A DNA stretch of 51,357 nucleotides from Vicugna vicugna (lineage: Eukaryota). Of the stretch, positions 11,326 to 22,479 are shown one piece after another (positions within the stretch are counted from its first letter, which is position 1; each line of letters starts with the position of its first letter). Position numbers and translations under genes: made by a program. Below the pieces are notes generated by a model that did not search any database, had not been told where the DNA came from, and saw nothing but the letters and a program-made list of their open reading frames with translations. The stretch lies in assembly GCA_013265495.1 (NCBI GenBank), contig MU057951.1, positions 345,599 through 396,955 of the forward strand, in the 5' to 3' direction.

Positions 11326-11596
11326 GGGGTTAACAACACTTTATTGCCACAGGGAGGTGCGCCTATGATGCACCTGTCCTACTTTTATCTGTTTTCTGTC
11401 AGCACATGTGTGGTCTGAGTTTCTTTGTTCATTAGGCTTACAGAATATCTCTAGCACATGCATACTTCTATTTTCTTTGTTCTAAATCTTATATAATTGA
11501 TGCATGCGTGGAGCAATTATTTACTGCATACTACAAACATGCTCTGATCGTGGCCTTGGGTCCCACGGCCTTAACTCATCTCAACACCAGCTCACA
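11218..11596 (-). repeat. 5' LTR of the ERV-S provirus (379 bp)
   Basis: Direct repeat of 5177-5549; adjoins the PBS; AATAAA near 11340-11345 on minus strand. Confidence 0.97.
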
Positions 11597-11770
11597 AGAA
11601 ATGAATCCTTCAATCTTCACAACAAGCGAGTAAAGAAGGTTTGATTGTTATCCCAGTTTTACAGTGTGGAAATTGAGGCACACAGAGGGTAAGTAATTTG
11701 GCCAAGGTTAGAGAGCTAGTAAGTGGCAGAGCTGGGATTTAAACCCTGGCTGTCTGGTTTCCAGGCTCCC
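11597..11770 (-). mobile_element. MIR, right piece (split by the ERV-S provirus)
   Basis: 'atcccagttttacagtgtggaaattgaggcacacagagggtaagtaatttggccaagg...agtggcagagctgggatttaaaccc' is a clear reverse-complement MIR core. Confidence 0.88.
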
Positions 11771-13184
11771 AGGGATGGGTTGTGAGTGTTTAGAGGTATC
11801 TTCATCCCTGGGTCTCTGTAACTCTGTACATCAGTTACCCCAGAAAAGACAGGGGAAGTAGAGTTACACAGGTCTCACAGTTGTTTCTCAGCCACTGTCC
11901 AGGAGAGTGCACCGTGATTGACGTTGTTTTCCAGGCAGCATGTTTGTTTGTATAACATTGAGTTAATCTAGAAGCCCTCCCTGCATTGCTTCTGTCCATG
12001 CTTGCCATATGACCAACTGCCCGTGATTGGGCTGTTGAGGAGAAAACGTACTGATGGTTGAACTCTGATATTTCAGTCTGGTTCATAGTTTCATGTCTCC
12101 TGTTACATTAATAAATTAAACATCTAGTTTTCTTGCATCCATTTGGTTAATGTGAGACCAGTCCATTGGAGCCCAGGGATGCTGACGGCATAATTTCTGA
12201 GCACGTTGTGGCACTTCTACCCATGCAGACCTGGCTGGAGAATGTCCCCCTTCCTCACTAATTTCTCCCAACAGCAGCATCCTCTCCCAGCCCTGCACGT
12301 GAGGCCGGGAGCTCTCTGAGTAGGCTAGACAGTCAGAGGCAAACTCTACAAATCAGAAAATGATGAAGTACCTGGAAGTGGGTTTAATAGATGAAAAGGG
12401 CTTCCAGGTAGTCCCATGGACTCTTCGAGGCCATTTGTTGAAAAGCTGTCCACTGTTTGTGGTTAAGCTACTTATTTGCTGTTGAAAAGTCTGGATTAGA
12501 TGAAGGGATTTTAAAAAGCAGAAAGGAGTGATTTCAGGTGGTCCAACCACACTGGTGAGAAGTGATGGGTGACCACCTGTGTGAGGCATAGACAGAGTCT
12601 TACAAGCTTCATAAAACAGCTTTAAAAGCTCTTCCATCCGAGTGCACTTCATTTGGGGTCTAGTTTATCACTGGTCGCACTGAGAGGGCAAATAATTGAT
12701 GATGGCAAAAAGGACACGGAGGCATCAAAAAGGTCTCAGTCATGTTCCCTGTTTAAAGGATGTGGCACAGTGTAATATATTTGAGCTGGTTATTCACTGA
12801 ACAGTTTTGAGTGTTTTCTGGGACTCCCCAGTGCCCCAAGGTTCCATGCAGCTGGGTGTCCCCTCAGTGCAGCTCTGTCACCGCTTGTCCTGGGCTGATG
12901 TGGTGTCACGGGAAGCAGGACGGTCAGTGTCCCCGGCTCCTCCGAGCTCCGTCTCCTCATCCGCAGGGCCGGGTTTCTCATCCCTGTCTACTTAGTAGGG
13001 TTGCTGAGAATCACACGTGATGGTTATCAGGTGTGATTTGTGGTTGTCCCTGTGTTTGGCATATAGTCAGTATTTGATAGAAACACTTGTTTTTCTTTTC
13101 ATTATACCTGTGGCTCCTCGATTGCAGTGGTTTTTAGTCTGCATTTATTTTTTATAACTTTATTCTTATATATAAATAAGCACT

Positions 13185-13280
13185 TATTTTTATTTATTTT
13201 TATGGATGTACTGGGGATTGAAGCCAGCACATTATGCATGCTAAGCAGGTGCTCTACAACTGAGTATTACACACCCTCCT
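13185..13280 (-). mobile_element. Short tRNA-derived SINE (camelid-type)
   Basis: 'tactggggattgaagccag...atgcatgctaagcaggtgctctacaactgag' preceded by a T-rich tail. Confidence 0.75.
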
Positions 13281-16200
13281 TGTCTGCACTTTAAAATAAA
13301 CATTGCAATACACAAAATAGCTCTTAAACACCATCATGGGACCTAGTCTCTATATAGACAATTGAACACGAATGCTATTTCAATAAGAATAAATGTTGTT
13401 TGGACATAACTTTCTGAATCTGTTAATGTGCTTACAAACGATCATAGCTAGCGATAAACACGAGTCTTGGATCCAGAACTTCTTAGGGTCTGTTTTGCCA
13501 TCATGGGAAATTACATTTTAGAGAGAAGGCTAATTGGGTCTCGTTGATATTTGGATGGTTTAGCAGAAGATCAAGGCTTTCAAAAGCTGACCGTTTTGTA
13601 TTTTAAACTAACTACAAAGTTATCTTCTAGAAGTTGGAAGTCCTAAGCTTCTGAAGTGCCCAGTAATTCAGTGTGTATTTGTCTGTGTCTGTGTCTGAGT
13701 GAATGTGTGTGTGTGATTTCAGGAAGGTAGAAATAAGTTCCATATAGCCTTCTGACACATTTCTCCTACAGTTTAAGGTATAGGCATATATTTACACAAA
13801 TAAAATGATATTCTTTTGTCATTTGGCATATTGGTGGGAATACGAGGTTCTCATACTTGTTTCAGAAGGGTTGGGGAGCATGAGTTTAGAAAATGGGAGG
13901 AGAAAGGGGCAGGGAGGCACTTCACACTTTATGCAGGATATGAGAAATAGTAGCTTTTCTTTTTTGTTCAAAAGCAAACTGGCACTAAATTGTAACATAC
14001 TATTACACAGAATTGCTTTTCTGATTAGATACAAGTGTCTCAGATTTTTCAAGATAACATGAATTATGAAATGTGTTTTAGCAGTTATCTCTAAAAGTAG
14101 ATTTATTTTTCAAGTAAAAGGCTACAGCCTGTTTTTCTTCCAGCGATACAATAAGTTCTCATTGATCTAGGTACATGATCTATTACTTAGTTTCTTTGGG
14201 TTTTTTTTTAAGTGATTGTTTCATTGTGGTGTGAATGAATGAGTAAAATTTCTGGATTTTGATCTTTAGAATATGCTGATTTATCAGAACTGTTAAAAAC
14301 CTGATTGTTCTTTGGTCCTTCTTTGGTGGGGCACCTTATTGATTTCTGTTGTCTGTTAAAGAGGGAAATGTTTCCTCTATCCTGCAGATTACTAAGTGAA
14401 TGGTTTGCAGTGTGCCTTTAAAATTCTTTGAATGAATTGAGCATGTTTGTCCAGTGAATTTTTAATTGACTCATAGTAATGATTTTGCTTTGATTCTTTG
14501 GCTTTTGCTCCTCTCCACAAGAATTTGAATTCTCTGTTGCATTTTGTATACGTGTTCTTCACAGGGGAAGAAATTTTGCTTTTTTTACAGAGGTGGATTT
14601 TCCTATCCCCTCTGAATGCCTTCTGTAATTAATACAGCAAAAATATGTTATTGCAGTGCTTAATTATTTCATAAACTATTTTTTGGCTTAATCAGAATCA
14701 ATGACAAAAAGTGATAATAAAAAATATGAAATCCTTCCTTTGAAGAATAGAAATCAGGTGGTCAGGCTCACGCATGCTTTGTGACTGACACACATACTCT
14801 CATGTCATTGTGTATCATGATTCGGAGATGGAGTTGCTTCAGGTTTGTAGCTTTTTGTTTGAATATTTTTGTTGAATTCTTTCTCCAGGCTGATGCTTCC
14901 TGTTGGGTTTGTGGAAAGTGTAGAAGAAGGGAAACAAATGCTTTGTTTTGTTTTCAGGAGGCCTGAGTTGCTGATGAAAAAGAGTTGAGGGTGGGCTGAG
15001 GAAGGGAGTGACACTCCCTCTCCTCCCGGCTGAAATCGATGAACAATGCAATCAATAAGGTGTATCGATATTTGACCAATAGAATTCAGCGAGCCCAAAC
15101 TGGCTAGTTATGCCCAATGGAAAGTACTGAATACACTTGCAGAGATAGGTGCTTTACCAAGTAGAAACAGCTTAGAGCAATCAGAAAAATCAGTCCTATG
15201 ATGATATATAAAAAGAATATATTAACTTTTATTTCTGGAACTTTTCTACGTTAAGTTGTGTAGAGCTAAAATAAAGTTTCACGCACCAGGAGTTAAGAGT
15301 GTGAATGGTTCTGTGGGATCTTTATTCAGGGAGGTGTCTAGATCCTACTAAAGTGGCTGAAGCTTGCAGGAAAAGACCCAGAGCCAGGAATTGTCATCCC
15401 AGGGTGTTCTCCATAAAGTCCATGTGGAAGCCCGTGATTCGGTTAACAAATTATAACAGACCCCAGCCGCCTGTCAACTTTAAGAAGAAAAAACTGTGCT
15501 TAGTAACTGCTTTGCAATCAGGGGCCTGTGCATCTTCACTCCTGTCTTCTTGACTTAAAAAGCAGAGACAATGCTTTGCTTGCATAGTTGAGGATTTAGG
15601 TAGCACTCTGCTCATTGCAAAGCAACGACCCAGACCCTCACCTGTAAACGCTGGGCTTGTGTGCTGTTAGATAGTATATTATCCCCAAAACAAGGACCTG
15701 GCTGGTCTGGTGGTCTGCTTTGTAATTAATATATCTAAAGAATTTATCTTGTTCCCCTCACCCCATGACTTCCCTAAAGATAAACTAAGCCTCTAGTCAT
15801 TGTGGATTCTACAATCTCTATCTCATTCTGCCTTTCCCTAAGTTCCTGCTTACTATCACACAACTTCTAATGACTTTTTCCTTTGATTATACACAATAAA
15901 TATGAGAGCATTTGAGAGGCCCATCGAGTTGGCTCCCTACTCCCTTTCGCTCTGTTAACTTTTTCCACAGAATGTTTAGTAATTCATTCCATGTCGGTAA
16001 GACTTCTGCCAGCCAGAACCCACAGTTCCAGGTGAGAAGGATGCAGGCTTTATCGCTCCTATCGGAGGGAGAGACAGAAGAGAATGTGATCTGCTCCCCC
16101 GTGGTACCGTCCTGCCCCAGGGCCACTCCAGTTCACCTGTAGCCTTCTGGCCCCTGCTCAAAGGGCCTCTGTCCCAGGACTGACCGCAGCCTTTTCTTCC

Positions 16201-16799
16201 TTTGTCAACATTTCCTGTGCCTATCAGAAGGTCTCTTCTCTGCAATTCAACCCTGGCAGATGTGATGGTGGTCAGCGTGCTGGTGGGCAGTCACTTGGGG
16301 ACTGCCAGGAGACATGCTGATTCTCCTGATTCTCTCATTCGTAGTTACAGAACTGTCGAGCACCGGAGGAAGCCCATTCACGTGAGGCCAGCACAGCATT
16401 GCATCACTTTCATTTTATTTTTGAATTTTCAGTGGAGAAATGATTTGTAGCAAACTGTTACAGATTTTCGGCCGCCTGCTTTCCTCACCACAGTCTCATT
16501 GTTGGCTCTGGTGCTTGTTTTAAGAACCAGGTTTCTTCTCTGGTCATTTCTAGCAGCTGGGCTCGCCGAATCCTTTATCTGCATTTGAAGCAGAATTCTT
16601 CGTGACGTCAAACTGATTTCCCTTGTCATTGCTGAATATTTCGTGTACACTCAGCAACTGTTTCCAGTGAAATGCTCTTGTCCAATTTCAGTTAACTCAC
16701 ATTTGCTGATCTGCTGCTTTCATGCTGAGAGCAGTTTCCTCTTCCTGTAATAAAAGTTAGCAATTTGCATTAACTTTGGAAGGTACTGGCCAGAGGTGC

Positions 16800-17855
16800 T
16801 TTTGTTCTTAACAGTTTCAATACAGCTCACCGACTAAAATGTACTGCGGTTTTTACTCTACGACGAGAATTGTGCATCCCAGTCTATCTTAGAACATTTT
16901 CTTCCCCCCAACAGGAAGCCCCGTACCCATAAACAGCCATTCCCATCTTCCCCATCCTCCCACAGCCCCAGGCAGCCACTCTTTTCTCTCTGTGGATTTG
17001 CCTGTGCTGTAGATTTCATGTAAATCGAGTCATTTCATGTAAATGGGACCGTCTATTGTGACTGAATTCTTTCACACTGAGTAACGTTTTCAATGTTTGT
17101 CCAAGTTTGTCCAAGTTGTGGCCTGTCTCAGGACTCCTTGCTTTGCTATTGCTGAATAATATTCCACTGTATGACTGGGTCCCTCTGTTTACCCATTCAT
17201 CACGTGATAGATATTTGGGTTGTTTCTGCTTTTTGGTTGTGATGAAAAATCGTGCCATAAACATTCCTGTGGGAGTTTTTATGGGGACATTTGCTTTCAG
17301 TCCTCTTACGTGTGTCCCCAGGAAGCAGAATTGCTGGGTCACTCAGAAACCAAATGTTCAACTCTCTGAGGACGTGCCAGGCTGTTTTCCAAAGCGGTCA
17401 CGCTGTGTTACGTCCTCACCAGCAAGGGCTGAGAGCTCCGCTTCCTCTGTGCCCTCATTAGGGCTTGTTACTCTTTTTTTGATTATAACCTATTGTAGTG
17501 AGTGTGAAGCGGTTTCTCTTAGTGGTTTTGACTTGATTTCCCTTACAGCTAATGATATTGAACATCTTTTCATTGTGCTTATTGGCCATTTTTACATTTT
17601 CCTTTAAAAATATCTTTTCAGATCCTTTATTCATTTTTTAATTGAGTTGCCTTTTTATTCTTGAGTTGTTGGAGCTTTTTTTATCTTGGAAATACAAATT
17701 CCTAATCAGATAAATGATTTGAAAAAATTTTCTCCTGTGTGTTGTTTTTTCACTTTCTGGATGGTGTCCTTTGAAGCAAAGTTTTAAATTTTGATGAACT
17801 CCAGTTTATCTCTGATTTCTTTGTTCCTTGTGCTTTTGGGGTCATATTTAAGATA
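16800..17855 (-). mobile_element. Old L1 (L1MB-like) 3' fragment
   Basis: Typical L1M 3'UTR and ORF2-end sequence ('tgctgaataatattccactgtatg', 'gctaatgatattgaacatcttttc'); remnant ORF 17016-17342. Confidence 0.85.
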
Positions 17856-17894
17856 TGATGTATTTTATTTAAACTTTTATATATAAAATAACTG

Positions 17895-18070
17895 AAATCT
17901 TAAGACCGTTCTAGGAGATGGGTGCTGTTGTTTTCCCGAGTCTATGGATGAGGAGACTGAGATGAAGAAAATTTCCCTGAATACCAGTGTCACAGCTACC
18001 CAGTGCTGCTGTGGGATTTCAGATCCTCTTGTTTGTCCCCAGCATCTGTGCTCTTCACCACCATGCTCTA
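17895..18070 (-). mobile_element. MIR SINE fragment
   Basis: 'ggatgaggagactgag...gtcacagctacccagtgctgctgtgggatttcagatcc...tgctcttcaccaccatgcta'. Confidence 0.65.
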
Positions 18071-20614
18071 CTCCTTCTTGGAATCGTTAATGAAAGTCTT
18101 TCCTTCTTTGATTTCTTGTTAGTTTTTTTCTCATTGGGGACCTCATCTTCTCATTTTCCTTGCCGAGCTCAGTGTAGGTTTATTTTAGGTCTCATGTAGG
18201 CATAAGCATTGCTATCTGTTAACTTTTTTATTACTCATTCTGCAGTGATGGCTGTAGCTAATTGACCTAATCAAGTCATGCTTAAGTCTTTCCTGCTCAT
18301 GACACTAAAAACAGAGTCATGACTTACAGAATGCTCAAAAAAGAAAGTAATTGGTTGATTTTATTTTGCTAAACAATCAAATAAAAACCCCAGTGTTGAC
18401 ATACATTATAAGCCCTCCAGAATAGGGTCATTGTCTTCCTTGTGTTTCGTTTGTTTGTTTGGTAACAGTGTCTGGATAGTGCCTTGCTGTCCAGCAGTAT
18501 TGTTAGGATATGGTGCTCATGAATCATTGTAAGGGCAGAATTTTGACAACAGACTGTGTTGTTCATTTCACAAGGGAAAAGATAATATAAAAATACTGTT
18601 CAGATCTATTTTAAAATTAAGCTTGGAATTTTTAGAAGAGTTTGAGAAACCATACAAAGGTATTTTTCACAATTTTAGATGTATCTTTGACACATTATGG
18701 TTACATAGCCGACTAACTTATCAACTAGATTTGACAAGAGGGGTGTATTATTGATTATTTGTTTTAGTTGAAATATTCTACCTGGGATAAAGTAATCAGT
18801 GCTGATAAATGAACAAATATGTTTATATTTCTATGCAACATGGGAGGAGACTTCATATGTTTCTATATAATATATATGACTGTGTGTTTCAATCTGTCTG
18901 TCAGTGTTTTTATAGTTTTTCAGCAATGTTGTAACTTTAGAATTCTTCTAAGAAAATCACCCCCGGTTCTAATGCAGTTTGTACTGTGTATCCTGTCTTA
19001 TGCATGGAATCCCACTGTCCCCTCAGTGAGAAATTTCCTCTCCTACTGAGGTAGTAGCAGAGCTACAGAGACTGGGATTTCTAAGCCTTTGCTCTCCATG
19101 TGTTTGCAGTTGGCTGTCAATCACGATTTTCCCTTTCTTGGATTTTCATTGTTCAATTAGAATTTTTGTAAATAACTATTTATATGTTGCACCAGGCTCC
19201 CTAGAAACTTGATGTGCTTGTGCTTTGCAGTATTCAATCTATGAAAAATGTAAATGCACTCTTGTTTTTAAGTAGTCCTCTTTCACTAGATATTTGTTTA
19301 CCTCTTTATAGTTAATTTTTTTTCCCAATGAATGAATTGGTGTGCATGTTTTAAAGATACGTTACTTTTTATTTTTCTGATTGTAACAGTTATATTCACT
19401 GTAGACAATTTACAAAATAAGGATAAACACAGTAAATAAGTTAAAAATGGCCTGTAATCTCCTTACCTGGAGATACAGGTGTAAGTTTTGAAATTGAGAT
19501 TTACAAGTCCTCTCACGTTGTCCTAATTTTTCAAGATCACTTTGGTTACTGAGACCCTCGAATTCCCATATGATTTGTAGCAGCAGCTAGTGACTTTCTG
19601 CAGATGAGCCCGCTGGGATTGTGATAGAGACCACCTTGAATAAACGGATCAATCTGGGGAGCCCTGCCATCCCAAGAGCAATTTTTTCTGACCCTGGAAT
19701 ATGCGTGGTGTGTCTGTCCAGGCATTTAGGTCTTCTTTAATTTTTTCAACAATGCTTTGAGTTTACAGAGTATTATTTTACTTTTTTTTTTGCCTTTATA
19801 CTGAGGACAAGTGTGTAAGGAACTGGAATCAGGAGTGTATTTGAGCCCCTCCCCTTGCTGGCACAATAGTCTCTGCGCTCTTGCTTTACTCTCTGTACAA
19901 CCTTGCACAAAATATGACCTCAGTAACTCTCTCTTGAATGAATGATTATATGATTGTTGGATGATGCTTGAGAGTCCTTGTGATGATTTTTTTCCCAGCC
20001 TTTCCCCACTTCTTAACTATGCCCTTTTTCTTCTTAAACTCCAGCCTGGGTTTCAGCCTGCCTGTGGCATTGATTTTTCTTGTCTATAGACTCTTTCACT
20101 GGTTCACGATAATGTTACATGTGGGCTGTGCAAACTTGCTAGATGTCAAGAAAGAGCAAATCCATTGCATGCTAGTATTTTTAGAGTGTGGTAATCTTTT
20201 ATCGATTGAAATTAAATCAGGATGACCCCCTGAGCCCTTCCGTGAGCTCTTTTCGCCTTCCTACAGGTGATACTGCTCTGGTTGCTGCATGTGCCCTTCC
20301 CCCATCCTTGGTTTTGGAGTTGAGTAAGTCACCATCAGTGGAGCCCTCTCTTTAAAAGATGAAGAGAACATTTGCTCCTTCTCCCTGGTTGTGGACTTGG
20401 ATGAGATGAGGTACCAGATAAAGAATGGAGCCCCACCTCATTCTGACCCCCGCTCTTTCCGTTCATTTCTCCAGGGGAAAAAAGAACAATTCAAAAGTAT
20501 AAAGATTGATTGTGAGCTAATGAGATAGACAATACAACCGATTATTTATTAAATATACTTTCATGCCAGAAAGAAATGTATTATACACACAAAAAGTACA
20601 TAAAAAAAAGTACA

Positions 20615-20835
20615 TGTAGCACGGTAGTACTTACAATCATGGTCCGAGTTCGAATCCTGCTCTGGAGTGACCAGCCCTGTGAGATGGAGAACTGGTAGGT
20701 AGGCTTAGCCTCTCCCGGACTTGTTTTCTGTCCTGCAGAGACGGGGCTCGCTAGGCGTCCCTCCCCCATAGAGGTGCTGTGGGATGTAAATGACGCGCGT
20801 GGGCAGCCAGAGCACAGCTGCTCGTTCCTCGTAAG
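20615..20835 (+). mobile_element. MIR SINE, unusually GC/CpG-rich, with intact B box
   Basis: GTTCGAATCC (20648-20657) followed by MIR-like 'cttagcctctccc...cctgcagagacgggg...catagaggtgctgtgggatgtaaatga'. Confidence 0.65.
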
Positions 20836-22479
20836 TGCAGGATAGCATAGCTTTTGCGGTGACGGCTTTATGATCGCCCCATGTAGACTCCCAGTGCTCC
20901 AAATGGATGCATTGTGGTTTGGAGGTGGAATTCTCACTTCTGTAATTACCCAAGGAATGTGTTATTGGGCCCTGCTGATTTGAATCTATTCTTTGGAAAC
21001 TACATGTTGTAGTTATTTTTTCAAGCATGCATGATTTTTTCTTTTAATATTTATAGTTCTACCCTCTCATCTCTTGGTGTGATTTTTCATGGAATGTATG
21101 AAACAATCCTAAGCCACCTGCCTCTTCGCACTTCTCTGTGGTGGTTTTCCTTCCTGACTAGAAGAGGGCTTTGCATAGGAAATCTTCTTTGTTCCCCTTT
21201 TTGTGGAGTCTCTGTCTCTCTGCCAATCTCTAACCTGTCCATCTGTCCATTTATCTACCCACTCATTCTTCTGACTTGTTCCAACAATCACTTCAGGCAG
21301 CTTACAGAATAACAGATACTAAATAACCAGGTGAGAAAATAGAGACAAGTTCAGACAGTGAGGCTAGGAGGCGAGTCTGTGTGAGGGTTGCAGGCGTGAG
21401 ACACACGCGTCAGCCCTGTGACTTATAAGATGGACAGAAACTGTGTGCCTGAGGCTCCCAGCAGACACAGGGAAACAGGGTTTGTGGGAGATGCTCACTG
21501 GCTGTGAAATAAATAAGTGGCTTAGGAGAAGCCCAGCCTTTCCAGCTACTAAGGCTTAGGAGAATATTTTGAGTGTCTTCCAAAATCAGATTATTGCATC
21601 GTTTCTTTTGTCACAGGTCTACGTGTAGTTGGTTACATTCTATACCTGGAAATTTCTCCAAAACTGCTTCCCACATGCGTCCCATGGCTCGGGAATGGGG
21701 TGGTTCTGCTCGTTGACGGTTGTTGTCCAAAAACGGAAAAAGACACCCTCAAAGGAGACTGGGACATTTCAGTCATTATTTGTCAGTGGTGTTGACTTCA
21801 GAAAATGCTTTCAGTTTCTCTCCATCGGAGGCGGCAGTATGCTCTCTTACCAGCATCAGGAGCTCAGGGCCACGGGATGGTGGGGGCTGACTGCACTGCC
21901 GTCAAGACATCTGAACTGGTCACTGCAGGCGTGGTTCTTTCACCTAGTGCATTTCATGTTCTTAAATAGAAGGTTTCAAAAGGAAGTTAATTAACTGAGT
22001 TAATTAACATTTAATAAATATGATGCTATGTTGAAAAGACAGTTATAGGCAGAATATAAGCTGTGAAGGATTTAAAAACGGTTTCATTACTGAAATTTCA
22101 GTAGGGAAGATACACAGTTTATCTTATTTATGCCTCTCTTTTAAAGTAAAAAGGAAAGAAGACAGAAAAGGCAAAAGATGCTTTCTGTTCTTCCTGTCTC
22201 TTTGCAGGCGCCCTCACCTCCAGTGGCATCAATCCACACACCAGCAATGACACTGGCCGTGCTCAGAACTGCCTCAGCCCTGAAGACACAACTGACAAAT
22301 GGAAGGGGGCCACTCCCTGATACAGCAGGTGCTCTCACTTTGTGGGTCCTTATGTAACTGCGCAGCGTTAATCAGGATCGCCCGTTCTACATTGTGTGAC
22401 GCTGCTGCGGTGTCTCCTAGTTACTTGTTTCTGTAAGTACACGTGTATTATTCTCCAGTGTGCTGTACTACACATCTAA

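Larger units (their letters stand above)
5177..11596 (-). mobile_element. Complete class III (ERV-S/HERV-S-like) provirus, 6420 bp, coding-defective
   Basis: Two TG...CA LTRs, 5-bp TSD AGAAA (5172-5176, 11597-11601), tRNA-Ser PBS, PPT, gag-pro-pol-env order, ERV-L/S-type RT (YIDD), no Gag zinc knuckle seen. Confidence 0.96.

Noticed and set aside
14940..15060. Acceptor-like tttgttttgttttcag as a possible host exon
   Set aside because: No convincing donor or recognisable protein sequence follows.
17107..17607. 166-aa hydrophobic ORF
   Set aside because: Antisense translation of an old L1 3' end.
20640..20675. tRNA-like GTTCGAATCC...CCA
   Set aside because: No cloverleaf; it is the tRNA-derived head of a MIR.
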